Shown one piece after another: positions 1 to 12,224 of a DNA stretch of 64,000 bases. The stretch is from Botryllus schlosseri. Taxonomy: Eukaryota. Position numbers and translations under genes: made by a program. The notes beneath the pieces were generated by a model. That model saw only the letters and a list, made by a program, of their open reading frames with translations, ran no database searches and was not told the origin of the DNA. Every line of letters begins with the position of its first letter. Position 1 is the stretch's first letter. The stretch lies in the NCBI GenBank assembly GCA_051294905.1, contig CM119377.1, positions 22,134,001-22,198,000 on the forward strand, in the 5' to 3' direction.

Positions 1-1064
1 GAGAGGTTGCGAACAAATTGAGGCACCTCTGTTCGAAATATTCGTTTTCTGAATATATTTACGCAGCCTTGTGCAAGTGCGCAATTGCGCATGCACAAAT
101 ATTCCTGTACAGCTAAACCCCATCAATGGGTATAGAATATGGGATATGATATCTTTTCACTGTGCATCTGTGCATCATTTGTAGCGGAGATTAGAGTACA
201 CAAATTGAAGTATTTCCTCATCATATTCAGTTCAAACGCGCAAAATTTACTTCAGAACTTTCTAGGTGCTTCGAATTTTATGAAATTGTTTCTATTCTTT
301 TGTAGTTCTATTCCAGTGATTCCATATTCACTATACAGTCGACTCGGGTTAATTCGGACACCGGATGACCAAGATAACCACTTTATTCGGTAAAAATGCT
401 CGGGAATCGAGCAAAAGTAGAAATTGCAGTTATAAAGTATTAATTCGGACACAGTGTCGCAATTCTTGTTTTTAGGTGGTCACTAGGGCATATTTTTGTT
501 GCACAAAAATCGCGAGAAAGTTGCACTTAGTTTTAACAAAAGTTGCAATAAAATGATGCATTTATAATTTTTTTTTCAATAATCAGGGTATGGGATACTC
601 AAAAGGTTCCGTTGTATAACCTAACAGTTTCGGATTTGCAGGAACTTACATTTTTTCCGGTACACAGCAAGAAAATAACGCAATGCTGAAATAGGTATCC
701 CCAAAAAGTCAAACAGCATAGCGAAAACCTATCCCCCCAAACAAGTCAAATACCACACCCCAAACCCCTAGGTCTGCAAACTTAACCCAAGTCATTGCAG
801 CAAAACTCACTGTTGGCAACTTTAAAAAACAATAACCTGTAAAAGGTGACCCAGTGAAAAAGTCATTTTCGGCGGTCTCGCATGGACGTCTATAAAATTG
901 AAACTACATTATAAACTACTGAATTACACTCAAGCACACCCTGTCCATTAGCCCAGCTGTAAAAGCTGTAAATTATGACGAATTGCCAACAGGAGGAGAT
1001 TTAGACGTCATCGGGGGACATTTTCAATATAATTTCCTGAAAGAAGAGGAACAATCCTCCCAAA

Positions 1065-1326
1065 GGAGGTCGTATGGCGGTATAATCCACAGCAGCAACA
1101 CCAATGGGTTGCGGGTTCGAGTCCGACCGAGGTCGACTTCGGAAGTGTTGGAGGTTTATCTAGGCTCCTCCTCGCCATATCATCCGTGTAAGCGATGCCT
1201 TATAAAAGCGTAGAAGTGGGCCATGCTAAAAGTCGGCAGCTACGGAATAAAATTGAAGAATATCGGCCTGGTGCAAATGACCATAGTAGTCGACAAACAC
1301 CATGAATACCATAAACAACAACAACC
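1065..1326 (+). mobile_element. tRNA-derived SINE, family A
   Basis: B box GGGTTCGAGTCC, body shared with the 11.2-12.2 kb, 34.9-35.6 kb and 41.2 kb copies, (CAA)n-like tail. Confidence 0.85.
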
Positions 1327-1380
1327 CTCTGACATAACAACATTATTTAAATCACCTTGCTCCAAGATGGACACTAACAG

Positions 1381-1758
1381 TTAGACTTGGACAACCATTA
1401 GAATTAGAATTACAGCTGCACAGTAATTTATAAATTAGGAAAAATAGAATTATAGCAACATGTTTTTTTTTAATTAGATTAGAATTAGAATTACCGAATT
1501 CGCAAAACCTTGAACATAGGATCAAGCTCCGTTAATGTCAAATCATAGCTCATTGTTATGAACATGAGAATAGCAAATGTCTGTACAGCAAGCTTGGTTA
1601 GTTTCGCAGTATACAGTCTTTACTTTTACAGGAATCCCAGGAATTTGATTAGAATTATAGCGAAGAAACATTTCACAAGTTAAATTAGAATTGGTTAACC
1701 GACATTTCCGTCGAATTAGTCTAATTGGACAACTAGAATTATCTAGTTGACAAAGTTT
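1381..1758. mobile_element. Degenerate MITE with (AGAATT)n subrepeats
   Basis: Imperfect TIR TTAGACTTGGACAAC / GTTGACAAAGTTTG; many TTAGAATT motifs. Confidence 0.45.
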
Positions 1759-1927
1759 GCTGAGAGTAAGCCTATCACCACACAAAAATATGCATTCCGT
1801 GACAGCCTACATAAATCGTGAGTAACTAAATTCATATTTTGGATTTTGTGTATTGCGACTCTTTTAAAACTATATTTTGCGATAAGCTGCTCGAACATAA
1901 AACAGGTCTAGTCATCCCTGGTATATA

Positions 1928-2354
1928 TTGGGTTGCATTTAAAACAAAAATCAATTTATAACAAACCTATTTAAAACAACGCCCTAATTTAAAACATGTT
2001 TTTTGTTTTTTCTAAGCCATGACGTCACGAATATTCAATTGTGACGTGAAACTGGATTAGCATTGACAGTTGAAAATATAGGGTAATTACAGCTCATTTG
2101 ATGAAATATCTGTACTATTAATGTTGAACCGGCTATTTTGAGGGTTCCAACCATCCCATATCGATCGGCTATATCGGGTAGTAATTGTCCGTATGCTCAT
2201 ACAACATGTTTTTGGGAAAATATTTAGACAATTATGGTATAATTTTACAACTTTAAAAAAATACAATTTTTTAAGGGCCTTTGTTTAAACCACTGTTTGA
2301 AACATGTTTTAAACAAAGTGTTTTAAAACACCGTTTGTTTTAATTGCAACCCTA
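1928..2354. mobile_element. hAT-type MITE (TTTAAAACA-repeat family)
   Basis: TIR T(T/A)GGGTTGCA(T/A)TTAAAACAAA; perfect 8-bp TSD GGTATATA. Confidence 0.88.
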
Positions 2355-2368
2355 GGTATATAACTTAC

Positions 2369-2588
2369 CCATTTACGCATAATGCGATTATACAACACGC
2401 TGACTCTGCTTTGTCCGGAAACTGAGTCATCTTTAATCACAGCGGCCACTACGAATAACGACCTCTTTGCGGCGTATATGAGCACCACAACATTAAGCTC
2501 GATGACCAACTGAAAGGAAGCCGTGAGACCCTTACGGAAACTCCATGATCGCATCGCCCAATTATGACGAAAGTCACTCCGGTTGTAA
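2369..2588 (-). CDS. GPCR paralog 1, coding exon 3 (ECL1-TM3-ICL2); later exons not found, presumably left of the window
   Basis: TTTTTCAG|T YNRSDFRHNWAMRSWSFRKGLTASFQLVIELNVVVLIYAAKRSLFVVAAVIKDDSVSGQSRVSVLYNRIMRKW |GTAAGT. 220 nt, phase 2->0, same length as paralog 2. Confidence 0.9.
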
Positions 2589-3297
2589 CTGAAAAAGGAA
2601 GAGATTTCACTCGAAAAACAATCTGAGGACTGCGTTTCTAGAGCTATGTGCCGGATAGGTCTGCCGTTTGTGGACAGTAGCTATTGTCTAACATAACATA
2701 ACATATAACATGGTTGGGTTATATTTTTGATCTGAACAAGTCACACACAATGTACAATGCGATAAGACATAATGCGATGTCATGAACAGATAGGAGGATG
2801 TTGAACGACACGCATCAGTAGCGATCCTTTACTCTAACATCCACCTCGGCCTAGAGTGCCCGATGTCACAGTTCTTTTTTCGATGTTGATCTCTTTGAAG
2901 CCGCGGCCCTTTCTACTGGTTCTTTCCATTCACTGTGGGTGCTTTCTTTTCGTCGGTCTCGGGTCGGGTCTATGCCGAAATTCAATTCGACATTCATGTA
3001 CAGCATGGGTTCTTAATCTTTTTATACCCATGGTTTCCCTGGGCTGCTCATCGCCGACGTCACTACTATACGGTAGTGCATTGAAACGTCCAGACTGAAA
3101 GTGAGCCGTGCTACAAGTCGGCAGATGAGACCACGATTGGGGCGCATGTTAGTGAGAGAGACTGAAGATTGACTGGGAGAAGAGGATAAAGCAGTCCCCA
3201 AGATTACGAAAAAGCAAGGACACTATGAACATTATCACAATTCTTGTCTTGGCAGCACATAACTTGAAAAAAGCGATAAGCGCCACTGTGTTGTACC

Positions 3298-3320
3298 AAT
3301 AATAATAATAATAATAATAA
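3298..3320. repeat. (AAT)n microsatellite
   Basis: Direct read. Confidence 0.95.
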
Positions 3321-4653
3321 GACCCCGAAACAAATCTGTGTTTTAGTGCCACCTCGCGATTGTTACGGGCATGTGTGGCATGGAAAATGCGCAGAAAACA
3401 GTTGTACGAGGCGCAGCTCTGTGAAACACAACATGTCTGGCACAAGGGATCCCAAATGCGCTTTCATTATTTTCCTCCGTGGGTCGCATTTGTGTTGCGT
3501 TTGTGCTACTGTCTGCCCAGATTACAAGGATGGGACTATTCGGTGCCGGCCATTTCGACGACCGGACTTATCAATATCGAAGGTTTGGTCAACCAGCGAC
3601 TGTCATGTTTGTCCAAGGTTTTATGGCCGCCGATATTTTGACATCGTATTTTTGCCCAGTCGTTGACCAAAACTTCATGCTTTCATGCGTCCCGGTGCGG
3701 AAAGGGTCGGCCCGGAAATACCAGAAGAATGAATGTCGGACAAATCTTATCAGGAATTCAAACTAATTTTTGCGATACAAAGGTCGGCCGATTTTCATTA
3801 TCAAGCCGTATTGTGGTAACTTTTCTAAGTATCTCGCTTGTTGGTTATAGTACCCAACGCAGTGCCCTGGGGTGTATACAAATTAACCACGCATTACAGG
3901 ATATCGCGAGAGGCGAGAGACTTTTTTTGCAATAAATTCAACAAATACTCTACACATATTAAAAGATAGCTCTAGTGTCTTTGCGACCCAAATTATACCC
4001 TTCGCGACCCCTACTTAAAGACCTTCAATATATAGCCTTGTGTTGTGTGCCTCGTAACTTGGAGACAAATGAATAGAGGAATTCCTAGAGTGTGAGTGAC
4101 TCATAAATACATTTAGAGAATGAGAGCAGTGTTGAACAGCAGATACGCCACAACTACGAAGTATTAGCTGGTTTATTGTCAAGGCAGGAACGCGAGTTAC
4201 TCACACAGCAGCAGAAAACAAGGAATAAACACGGTGTTAAGATAGCACGTGCGCAGTAACGAAAAGGGGCAACACTAAAGGTTGCTGTCCAGCACAATCA
4301 ATTAATCATGAATCATTCACATTACAGCAAACAGTTTTCGAAAATCTAAATAACACGGTAACTAATATTATCACCATGATATACATCCTATTTCAGTTCC
4401 TGGGTGTCGTATATGATGAATTCATACCTTCGAAAGCATATGCAGAACAAACTGTATATTATATAGTCCTCTACTGCTTACCTAAATATTAAACTGTGAA
4501 CTGTATTAGCATTTTAGTATACAGTTTTGGCTCGTAGATCCAATGCAGAAGACACTCACTTTATTACCAAATATTATGGCGTATACCATGATTCCTGATT
4601 CATGCCTGCTATAGCCGTGATAATTACCGAAAAACGAAACAAATAAATCTTAC

Positions 4654-4844
4654 TTTTGCAAAACTCCGCCCGCAATGAACCCATCATCAAAATGATAACG
4701 AGTGTGTAGTATTTCATAAAATGCAATGATGCTGAAGCTAATGACCGAGAGGAGGCAGCTCAGCAGGTAGACGTATATTCTGTTTTGACGCAACGTTGCC
4801 CAGTTACAGACAATTGTCAGAACTAGCAGACTGTTCCATACAAT
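4654..4844 (-). CDS. GPCR paralog 1, coding exon 2 (TM1-TM2-ECL1)
   Basis: TTGCAG| IVWNSLLVLTIVCNWATLRQNRIYVYLLSCLLSVISFSIIAFYEILHTRYHFDDGFIAGGVLQ AA|GTAAG. 191 nt, phase 0->2; 56/63 aa identical to paralog 2 by hand count. Confidence 0.9.
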
Positions 4845-5814
4845 CTGCAATCGATGATATTGTAAGAAATATTGGGAGGTTAGAATTATGGGTAGCTTAA
4901 ATACGAGTCCGCCTGACTACTATGGGCAAGAAGCGCCTAAACGTCCGTTCTTAAAACGAAGTTGTAAGGTCCTGGGAATTCCACATCCTAGTACACTTTC
5001 TTAATTGGATGTCAGTGACCAGAGGCTTTTGAGCCATTCTCACATTGCTACTGCTGCTGATGCAGGGGTTGTTCCTACAGCTATTGCGAGGTCTTTTCAC
5101 TATAGTTAGCGTGGACCTTTCGGTAGCTCGCGCAGCAATACTGAGCATAGGAAATATGAGACGAAAGGGCGATATTAACACCAAATCTAACACGACAACC
5201 CAAACTAATATTATGTGAAGTAATTAGTTACGAGCTGCGTGTTGACCTTGTTAATTTATGAATTTATTTCGGTCAGCGAGCGCGGGACACCTGAACTAAT
5301 GTAATTTGCCACCAACTGTATGCTACCATGCAACTTCACTCTGCGTTATAGCACGTCAAAAGTGATGTGGTTCACTCAACAATAAGTCCGGTCAAAATAC
5401 CCGTAAAAAACATATTCCGGAGTAAGTGATAAGCTGACAAATCAAGTTATTGTCTGGTGCTATATTTCTGCCCTGGGTCTTTTTAGATAGCTTTACAAAA
5501 GAGAGACATAACAGTCTTTGTCATTCGCGTCAGCACAATTGCAGTGCTTTGATGACGGAATGCGATAGAACCTTTATGTAAGTTTATCGAGTTAGCACCA
5601 GCATTTTCCTCCTCCATGCTGTTTCGAAATCATGAACGTCTAGCGCAGTGTTTCCCAAACTTTTTTGAGCTACCGCCCCATGGACAATGTATAAAGTGCC
5701 AGCGCCCCCGACCCCCCTCACCACACCAATAAGTCACAAAAGGAAAGTTGTTCTGAATTTATTACAGCTAATAATGTGACGGTTGAAGCTAGTGTATTAT
5801 TACCACCATCCTCG

Positions 5815-6905
5815 TCAGATTGGGTTTACGTTTTGATAAGAACAATCTCATTCTAAAATTTCCAGTCTCCACGTCCAGTAGGCCTACCGTCTAGTCGGTT
5901 TCTGCTGTGAGTCAGAAACTTTGTCACCGCAATGAAAATACGTTCCATCAACTATGAGCTGCGATGGTCAACCCGACTCCAGTACTGGGAAGGAAAAAGT
6001 CAACCCGACCCCAGTGAAAGTATTTCTATTTAATTTAATTGTGTATCCAGAACGATTGATTGGAGATATTGAACTTAAAATTGTTCTACACTACAATGTA
6101 ATCAGTTAATCGATCATTTCATGCTCGGAAACTTTACAAAATGGTGTGATTATTATTATTATGACATCAGGTACAATTGCAAGGCCAACCAAAATTTGAT
6201 TAGCATGACCGCGAAATTTGATGATGACTAAAAGAACAGTTTTGACGCATTGACGTATATCCAGGGGCCAGCCACATTTATCCCAGATCTTCGTATACGA
6301 CCATAAAGTAGAATATTTCATAGCAGATTTATTTGAATTGAAATTTTTCTCGGTACTTCGCATGATTCATTGTTACAAGAATTTTTGCATTCAGTATTTG
6401 AGCCCCCATCTGAAAATTATAAATACATATTAATCACAGAATTGAGTCTAACTATATTCGCAATTAGGAGATAACGTGTCGTCCAACATGCGGCTTCGCT
6501 TGTGCACTCGCAGCGAGGTCGACAAAACATTTGCACAAAATGATAGAGGCATGTTCACTGATACCGTCGATTTTGCTAAGTCTAAACGTCGAATAATTCT
6601 GTCCTTGTCAAATGAGCGCAGTGCTATACAGATGCGACCCCCAATGTATGTTAGCAACATATTTATTGATATAATTCAGTAATTGTCTTGCAAAAATTTC
6701 GCGCTTCGTGCGACCAGGGCCTGATTGCGCACTGCACAATTGCATGACATATTGTTATCAATTTTAGAGCGTATTAATACAAGTCTCGTTTGCAATGTTA
6801 CCTAATTCGGTTCGCTCCCATAGGACGACTAAAAACAGGTTATCAACATTCTAGTTGCCCGCGCAATGGTTCGTAAATCTCATGGGTCCCTTTGGCCGAA
6901 AAAGT
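5815..6905. repeat. Unclassified dispersed repeat; left part matches ~13740-14125, right part matches ~58100-58880
   Basis: Co-linear sequence similarity seen by eye; no TIR or TSD recognised. Confidence 0.7.
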
Positions 6906-7635
6906 TGCCCACCCCTGATATAGATAAAATTAGATATTATGCAATATGCGTTTTCTCGATGCAGTCAAAATTGATGCAATTTTTGGAATTATACCATGAT
7001 ACTGTGACAGAGCAAATGCATCGGCTGGGTTTGTAAAATTGTAAAAATTATGTAAATATGGACAAAACGATGCTTCCCACTTGACAAAATTAAAAATATT
7101 TGTAGTGTAGCTTAGCTGTTTGGGTCGAACGAATGATTAAGAAAGACTGCAAGTCCCAATCCATGAATATTTGATTAAGTACATGTAGACTAGACATAGG
7201 ATATGGTATTTGACTACTTAACCAAATTCCATTTATGACCAATGTCTATTAGTAGTAAGAGTGTGTGTGCTTGTAATCAGGATAGTGTGCAATTACAAAA
7301 TTAGTAAGTTCAATCTCTTTATTAGTTGCTGACTCATACACAAGAGCTACACTTTGATTTTTTATCTACATTTTTATTATACAGGATTGGATATCTGCCA
7401 TAATTGAATGATTCATATATTTCAGGATATTAGAGAGTCCATGTTACAAAAACTTGAAAAAGGAAGGATATTTAGGAATTCTTTCTTTCATGGTAATTGC
7501 ATAGTGGATAATTCGAGGTGTGCCACAATGAAACAATTTAGCATGCCACCGTTAATCATATGTTTAATGGTTGTATTATAGTTATTCAACCGACAATGTT
7601 GCATATAATTTTCGAAGTAAATTGGTAATAATGCT

Positions 7636-7793
7636 GGAGTCGGAGTCGGGAGTCGGAGTCGGTACGTTTACAGACCCAGGAGTCGGAGTCGGTACGTTTA
7701 AAGACTCAGGAGACGGAGTCGGTATATTGAATATGTGTGGAGTCGGAGTCGGAGCCGGAGTCGGTGGTAAAATTTAACGACTCCACAGCCCTG
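7636..7793. mobile_element. Right half of a (GGAGTC)n MITE
   Basis: GGAGTC repeats ending in CGACTCCACAGCCCTG, a hAT-like terminus; left end missing. Confidence 0.65.
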
Positions 7794-8129
7794 CTTGCAA
7801 TGAGCAATAACTTCTCAAATGCTTCGTAGCTCTAACAGCACACAATGAATGAACCACGCTTTCTAGGGATTCTGCCGACTGCTAAATTAGTCCATTGATG
7901 AGCAGGATCAACATTGTCTAGTAACAATGAACTTTTTCCGAACAGCTGATTTAAATACACGGGCGGCCCTAAATTGACTTGACACTTGACTGAATTGATT
8001 TTGCATTTTACTGCGTATTTAGGTGCTTTATTAATCAATCGTTTCACCACTACGCAGCAGTTGCCTTCTAAACCTACACGGACCCCATTTGCTCTCGGCG
8101 CCCCTGTACCGGTGAATTTTATAGCCAGC

Positions 8130-8280
8130 GCCCCCAATCGCTCATTTCATGGCCAGCGCCCCTTCACGCCCGCGAATGCCCCTAACCGGAAGGCCGCGTA
8201 TGCCAGTTTTACCTTCAAGTCTTTAGTCTGGCTACGCCAGGGATTGAACCCACAACCTACCAATCAAGCTGAGAGTGTTT
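8130..8280 (-). mobile_element. SINE family B-related fragment in GPCR paralog 1 intron 1
   Basis: Reverse complement reads GGTAGGTTGTGGGTTCAATCCCTGG...CTAAAGACTTGAAG, similar to family B. Confidence 0.55.
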
Positions 8281-8321
8281 CTATTGTATTCAAACACTAT
8301 CTCCATATAAATGCAGCTTAC

Positions 8322-8444
8322 CAGAAATGCTGAAAACGACAGAAATATGGCAAAATAATAGCTTCTCGGATCCTCAGTCAGACACGTCTTTTCATTTGGA
8401 CTTCCTGCGATCCCGGGATCATATTCTTTAGCGGTAGTATTCAT
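8322..8444 (-). CDS. Atypical class A (cannabinoid/EDG-like) GPCR paralog 1, coding exon 1 (N-terminus and start of TM1)
   Basis: ATG at 8444; MNTTAKEYDPGIAGSPNEKTCLTEDPRSYYFAIFLSFSAFL, then donor GTAAGC (phase 0). Same 123-nt length as paralog 2 exon 1; N-glycosylation sequon NTT. Confidence 0.85.
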
Positions 8445-8854
8445 ATCGAATCGCTCTTTGAGACACGAAATTGTTATGGAATATTTTGCTGTGAAGGATA
8501 GAATAGACATATGCAGGTTAGTGGTATGCAAGTGTACACATTTGAGTAAGAAATATCCAACTTCAGGTAGTGTTGATTTCGTTTGGAGGAAATGCTAGCG
8601 ATAATCATTTAAACGAAATGAATCAAAACCAGGTATGGTAAGTTTAATTTGAAGGATAATTAAAGTTAGGTTAGGATTGCGGGCTTGCCTACGTTACGGT
8701 TCGCATAAAGGGGTTGCGCATGGCGGTTAGATTCGATTAGGGATTGGACTCGAGTTTTCGAATAGATCTTGCCAAAGGGTCACTCGAAATATGTTTATTT
8801 CTGTCACTCAAACGGTTACTGCGATACTTTTCAACATACCACATAAATGAGGAG

Positions 8855-8862
8855 TATTTATA
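8855..8862 (-). promoter_or_regulatory. Candidate TATA box (TATAAATA) of GPCR paralog 1
   Basis: About 410 nt upstream of the ATG; exactly conserved in the aligned upstream region of paralog 2. Confidence 0.5.
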
Positions 8863-9577
8863 TCACTCAAACGAGCTGCGACTTAGTTGTTGAACAACGT
8901 TATGCAAGGTAATACTCCTGACACGATCACGAGATTCAAGAAATGTATAACCTGAGTGCTAAAACTGCTGAACCAACGACGATGTCGTGGGTTATAATCA
9001 TTCTATATCGTCCACGTTGACTAGTCTTCCAAAGAAGTGAAAATTGAAACTTTGTTTTGAATGGCATTTGTTTAAAACATTGTTTTAACTGCAACTGAAA
9101 ATATATACCAACGCAAAACGCAAACAACGCTTATACAACTTTGACTCTTTCACGATATGGTATCGTTTGACACACAGAGATACTGCGAATCGAGAGCCCT
9201 TGCTGAATGCGGCAGAGGAACTTGATAGCGCATGAGAAACCAGACGATTCAAGCCATGCTTTATATTAATACAATGATTATGTGATACTTAGAAATTCAA
9301 AGCCCCTTTTCAAGAAAACGAGCAGTCGCATAATACACAATGTGTACATTTACATTTAGAGTCATGGCAAGCCGACAAAAATAGTGACTGTTCACACGAA
9401 CAACATGAGTATATCTAATTCAGGAAAGAATTCGTAAATGAGAACAACTCGTGTAGATTATCGTGATGTGATTGGGCGTATATATCGACGAAATTATCAT
9501 GACCGCCACGCAGTTTTTCACGTCAGTCCATTCTATTCCGGTAAGACATATTCTGTAACTCGGATGACATTATAACG

Positions 9578-10083
9578 CAGAGGTTCCTAACTTTTTTATG
9601 GTCGCTACCACAAATTTCGTTTTGAAAATGTTCCGCGACCCCACCTGGCGTGCTGATTACTAAAAACTGGTCAGCACCTTCGCATAAACCTACACACGGC
9701 CTATGTGGAAGGAAGCTGGCAACTATGTGCGCAGTAAAAACATTTATGCAATTATGAACTCGTCAACATCCGTCAATCAAGACGATAGTAATGTGTATAG
9801 GTCTTTTGGAACGATTTCTATCTAGATCCTGTCGAAGTAGTGAAGTACAGTCACATGAAATTCTGCCGTCTTCAAGTTATTCGGACACGTTGAGCGAGTT
9901 TGTGCTGTTAACTGCTAGCACTACCGGTCACATGAAGTTTGTGGCGCTTTAAAATGACGCTTCGACTGATCTGTTAATTGTTATTGTTGTAACTGTTATT
10001 GCTATTTAATTATCGTCTCCGCGACCCCAGAGAGCAGGCAAACGACCTAAGTGCGGTTGCGAAACATAGGCTGGGAGCCCTTG
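9578..10083. mobile_element. hAT-type MITE
   Basis: Termini CAGAGGTTCCTAAC / GCTGGGAGCCCTTG; TSD TTATAACG/TTCTAGCG; the empty paralogous site TTCTAGCG is at 37414-37421. Confidence 0.75.
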
Positions 10084-11227
10084 TTCTAGCGCCTAGGCAT
10101 TCGTGTCTTACATCTGTTACTTCATAGTTCATACATCACAGACGACAACCTCTCCGACCACGGAACAGTGATGACTTTTTGTCTGTATCGTTTACGCGTA
10201 TACTTAGATGAGTAGTCTGCCTGTACTGTATAAGGACAGGATCGGAAACTTTTGGGTGCTGATGACCACATTAATAGCATCAAAAGTTTCGGCGGTAAAC
10301 ATTATTTTTCATTTTCAAATTTCGTATAAAAACGTCACGCACATGACTGACGATATGTCGAGCGGGAAGAGCATTATATGTAAATAATCATTAAATGGGG
10401 TGAATCATAGCATGTTTGCACTGAACACGTTGTCTTTTCAATTTTCATTTTAACATTCTCCTTTATGATTCTGTAGCGGAACAGATATGGAATGGGACCG
10501 CGTACGTACATTGTATATACTACACTAGGTTATTGAGACCGAACCAGAACATTGATTGCAGCATGGAGCATAGGTTTATAGCACATATTAGTTTTTCCAT
10601 CCCTTCTCGATGACCTCCTTTCCTCGCCTCGGCTATAGATCTTTCTGTTTGATATTTTCTCTTTCCGGATTCAGTACAATCTCATGATCCTGTCGGGGAC
10701 ATGGTGGTAGGCTACCACCGACCCCATATCAGGCTAACAGATCAGATTCTAAATTTCTCCAGATGGCAATAACAAAACATATATTTTGAACTAAAGCATA
10801 TGGGGAACGATCTGGCAATCGAATATTGTGTTACTACTTTTGCAATCCCTTTGAGACAGACATTGTGCACGTGGTGAATGACGCTTTGTTGCACGAACAG
10901 GAAATCAAGTCAGCCACTTTTATTCTTAGAAATCAATTATAAATACCAACAAGTTGCGTTTATTTCGTGGGCAAATTTATACAAACATAATATTACGCTA
11001 TACCGAATACTTTTACGGAATAACGACGTGGGTCACATGCCACAGCACGTTCCCCGCCCATAATTGCAATATGCAACATCTCTACTTGCACCAATTATAT
11101 ATGTCCAATCAATGCTGCTATACACGAAGGCGCAACAGGTTGAGGTAGGGGACTCATGTTTTCGAGGTGACATACAATCACAATGCCCTTAGAACAGTGG
11201 TTATTAACCGGTGCACCATGGAACAGT

Positions 11228-12224
11228 AACGGGTTGCTGGTTTTAGTCCGACGAAGGTCGACTCAAGAATTCCTACCTAAGTGTTGGAGGTTTATCTAGG
11301 CTAGGGTTGCCATACGTCCGGAATTTCCCGGACATGTCCGGAATTTCACTGAAAAATCTGCGTCCGGGAGGAATTTCTAAAATATGCCTAAATGTCCGGA
11401 ATTTTGAAGGCTTGAAGTAGGCTCAAAAGTTTTTCGTAAATCAACATAAACAGTATTATTTGCAAGCATATTTATGCTATTCAAAATTCTTCTTCGCACC
11501 GCGCGCCAGTTAATGCGACGTTTATTGATATTAGTATAGGCACCAGGCATCACCCTCGCCAAAAATGCAATCAAAATAAATATAATAACCATCATTTACT
11601 GAAATAAAATCTGATTGTGGTGGGCCGAAAATCAGTGCTTTTCGAGGCGGAAGGGGAAAGAAAAATTGTTGTTTCGGACCTGATTAAAACAAACAACTGG
11701 ATAACCGCGCCGATCTAACAGTATAACAGGGCTGTCAAATATCATCCCAACACGCCGGACGATTTCATCCTGCCTGTGGCGAAATTTATTGCAGACCCTG
11801 AGCAAGTAGCAATCACCAAAGCTCACATTACAGATGGCCCAATTCATGACCTATGTTCCACTCCATTCGCATACAGTAGATGGCCAATGCTTTGCTTGTG
11901 TGACTATTGACTATAGATAACTAACCTCCGTGGGTTAGTTATCTATAGTGTGACGTTATATTGATAGACCATGTGTAACATCTTATTTTGAATCCGCTAG
12001 TGGGCACCAAAGAGTGTCCGGAATTTGCTTCACGAAAATATGGTAACCCTAATCTAGCCTCCTCCTCGCCATCTCATCCGCGTAAACGGTGTCTTGAAAA
12101 AAGTCTAGAAGTGGGCCGTGATACAAGTGGGCAGATGCGAAATGAGGGATGCAGAAAATCGGCCTGGTATAAATCACCATTGTAGTCGACAAACACCATG
12201 ACTACCCCAAACCAACAAACAACC
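11228..12224 (+). mobile_element. SINE family A copy split by a hAT MITE
   Basis: 11228-11301 and 12052-12224 rejoin into the family body (GGAGGTTTATCTAGGC|TCCTCCTCGCC). Confidence 0.8.
11302..12051. mobile_element. hAT-type MITE inserted in a SINE
   Basis: TIR TAGGGTTGCCATA/TATGGTAACCCTA; TGTCCGGAA subrepeats; TSD ATCTAGGC/ATCTAGCC. Confidence 0.88.

Noticed and set aside
139-1785. Exon 4 of GPCR paralog 1
   Set aside because: No W4.50/WNC-coding match found; the region holds a SINE and MITEs, so the exon probably lies left of the window.
7571-7777. ORF with GVGVG repeats
   Set aside because: Translation of (GGAGTC)n MITE repeats.
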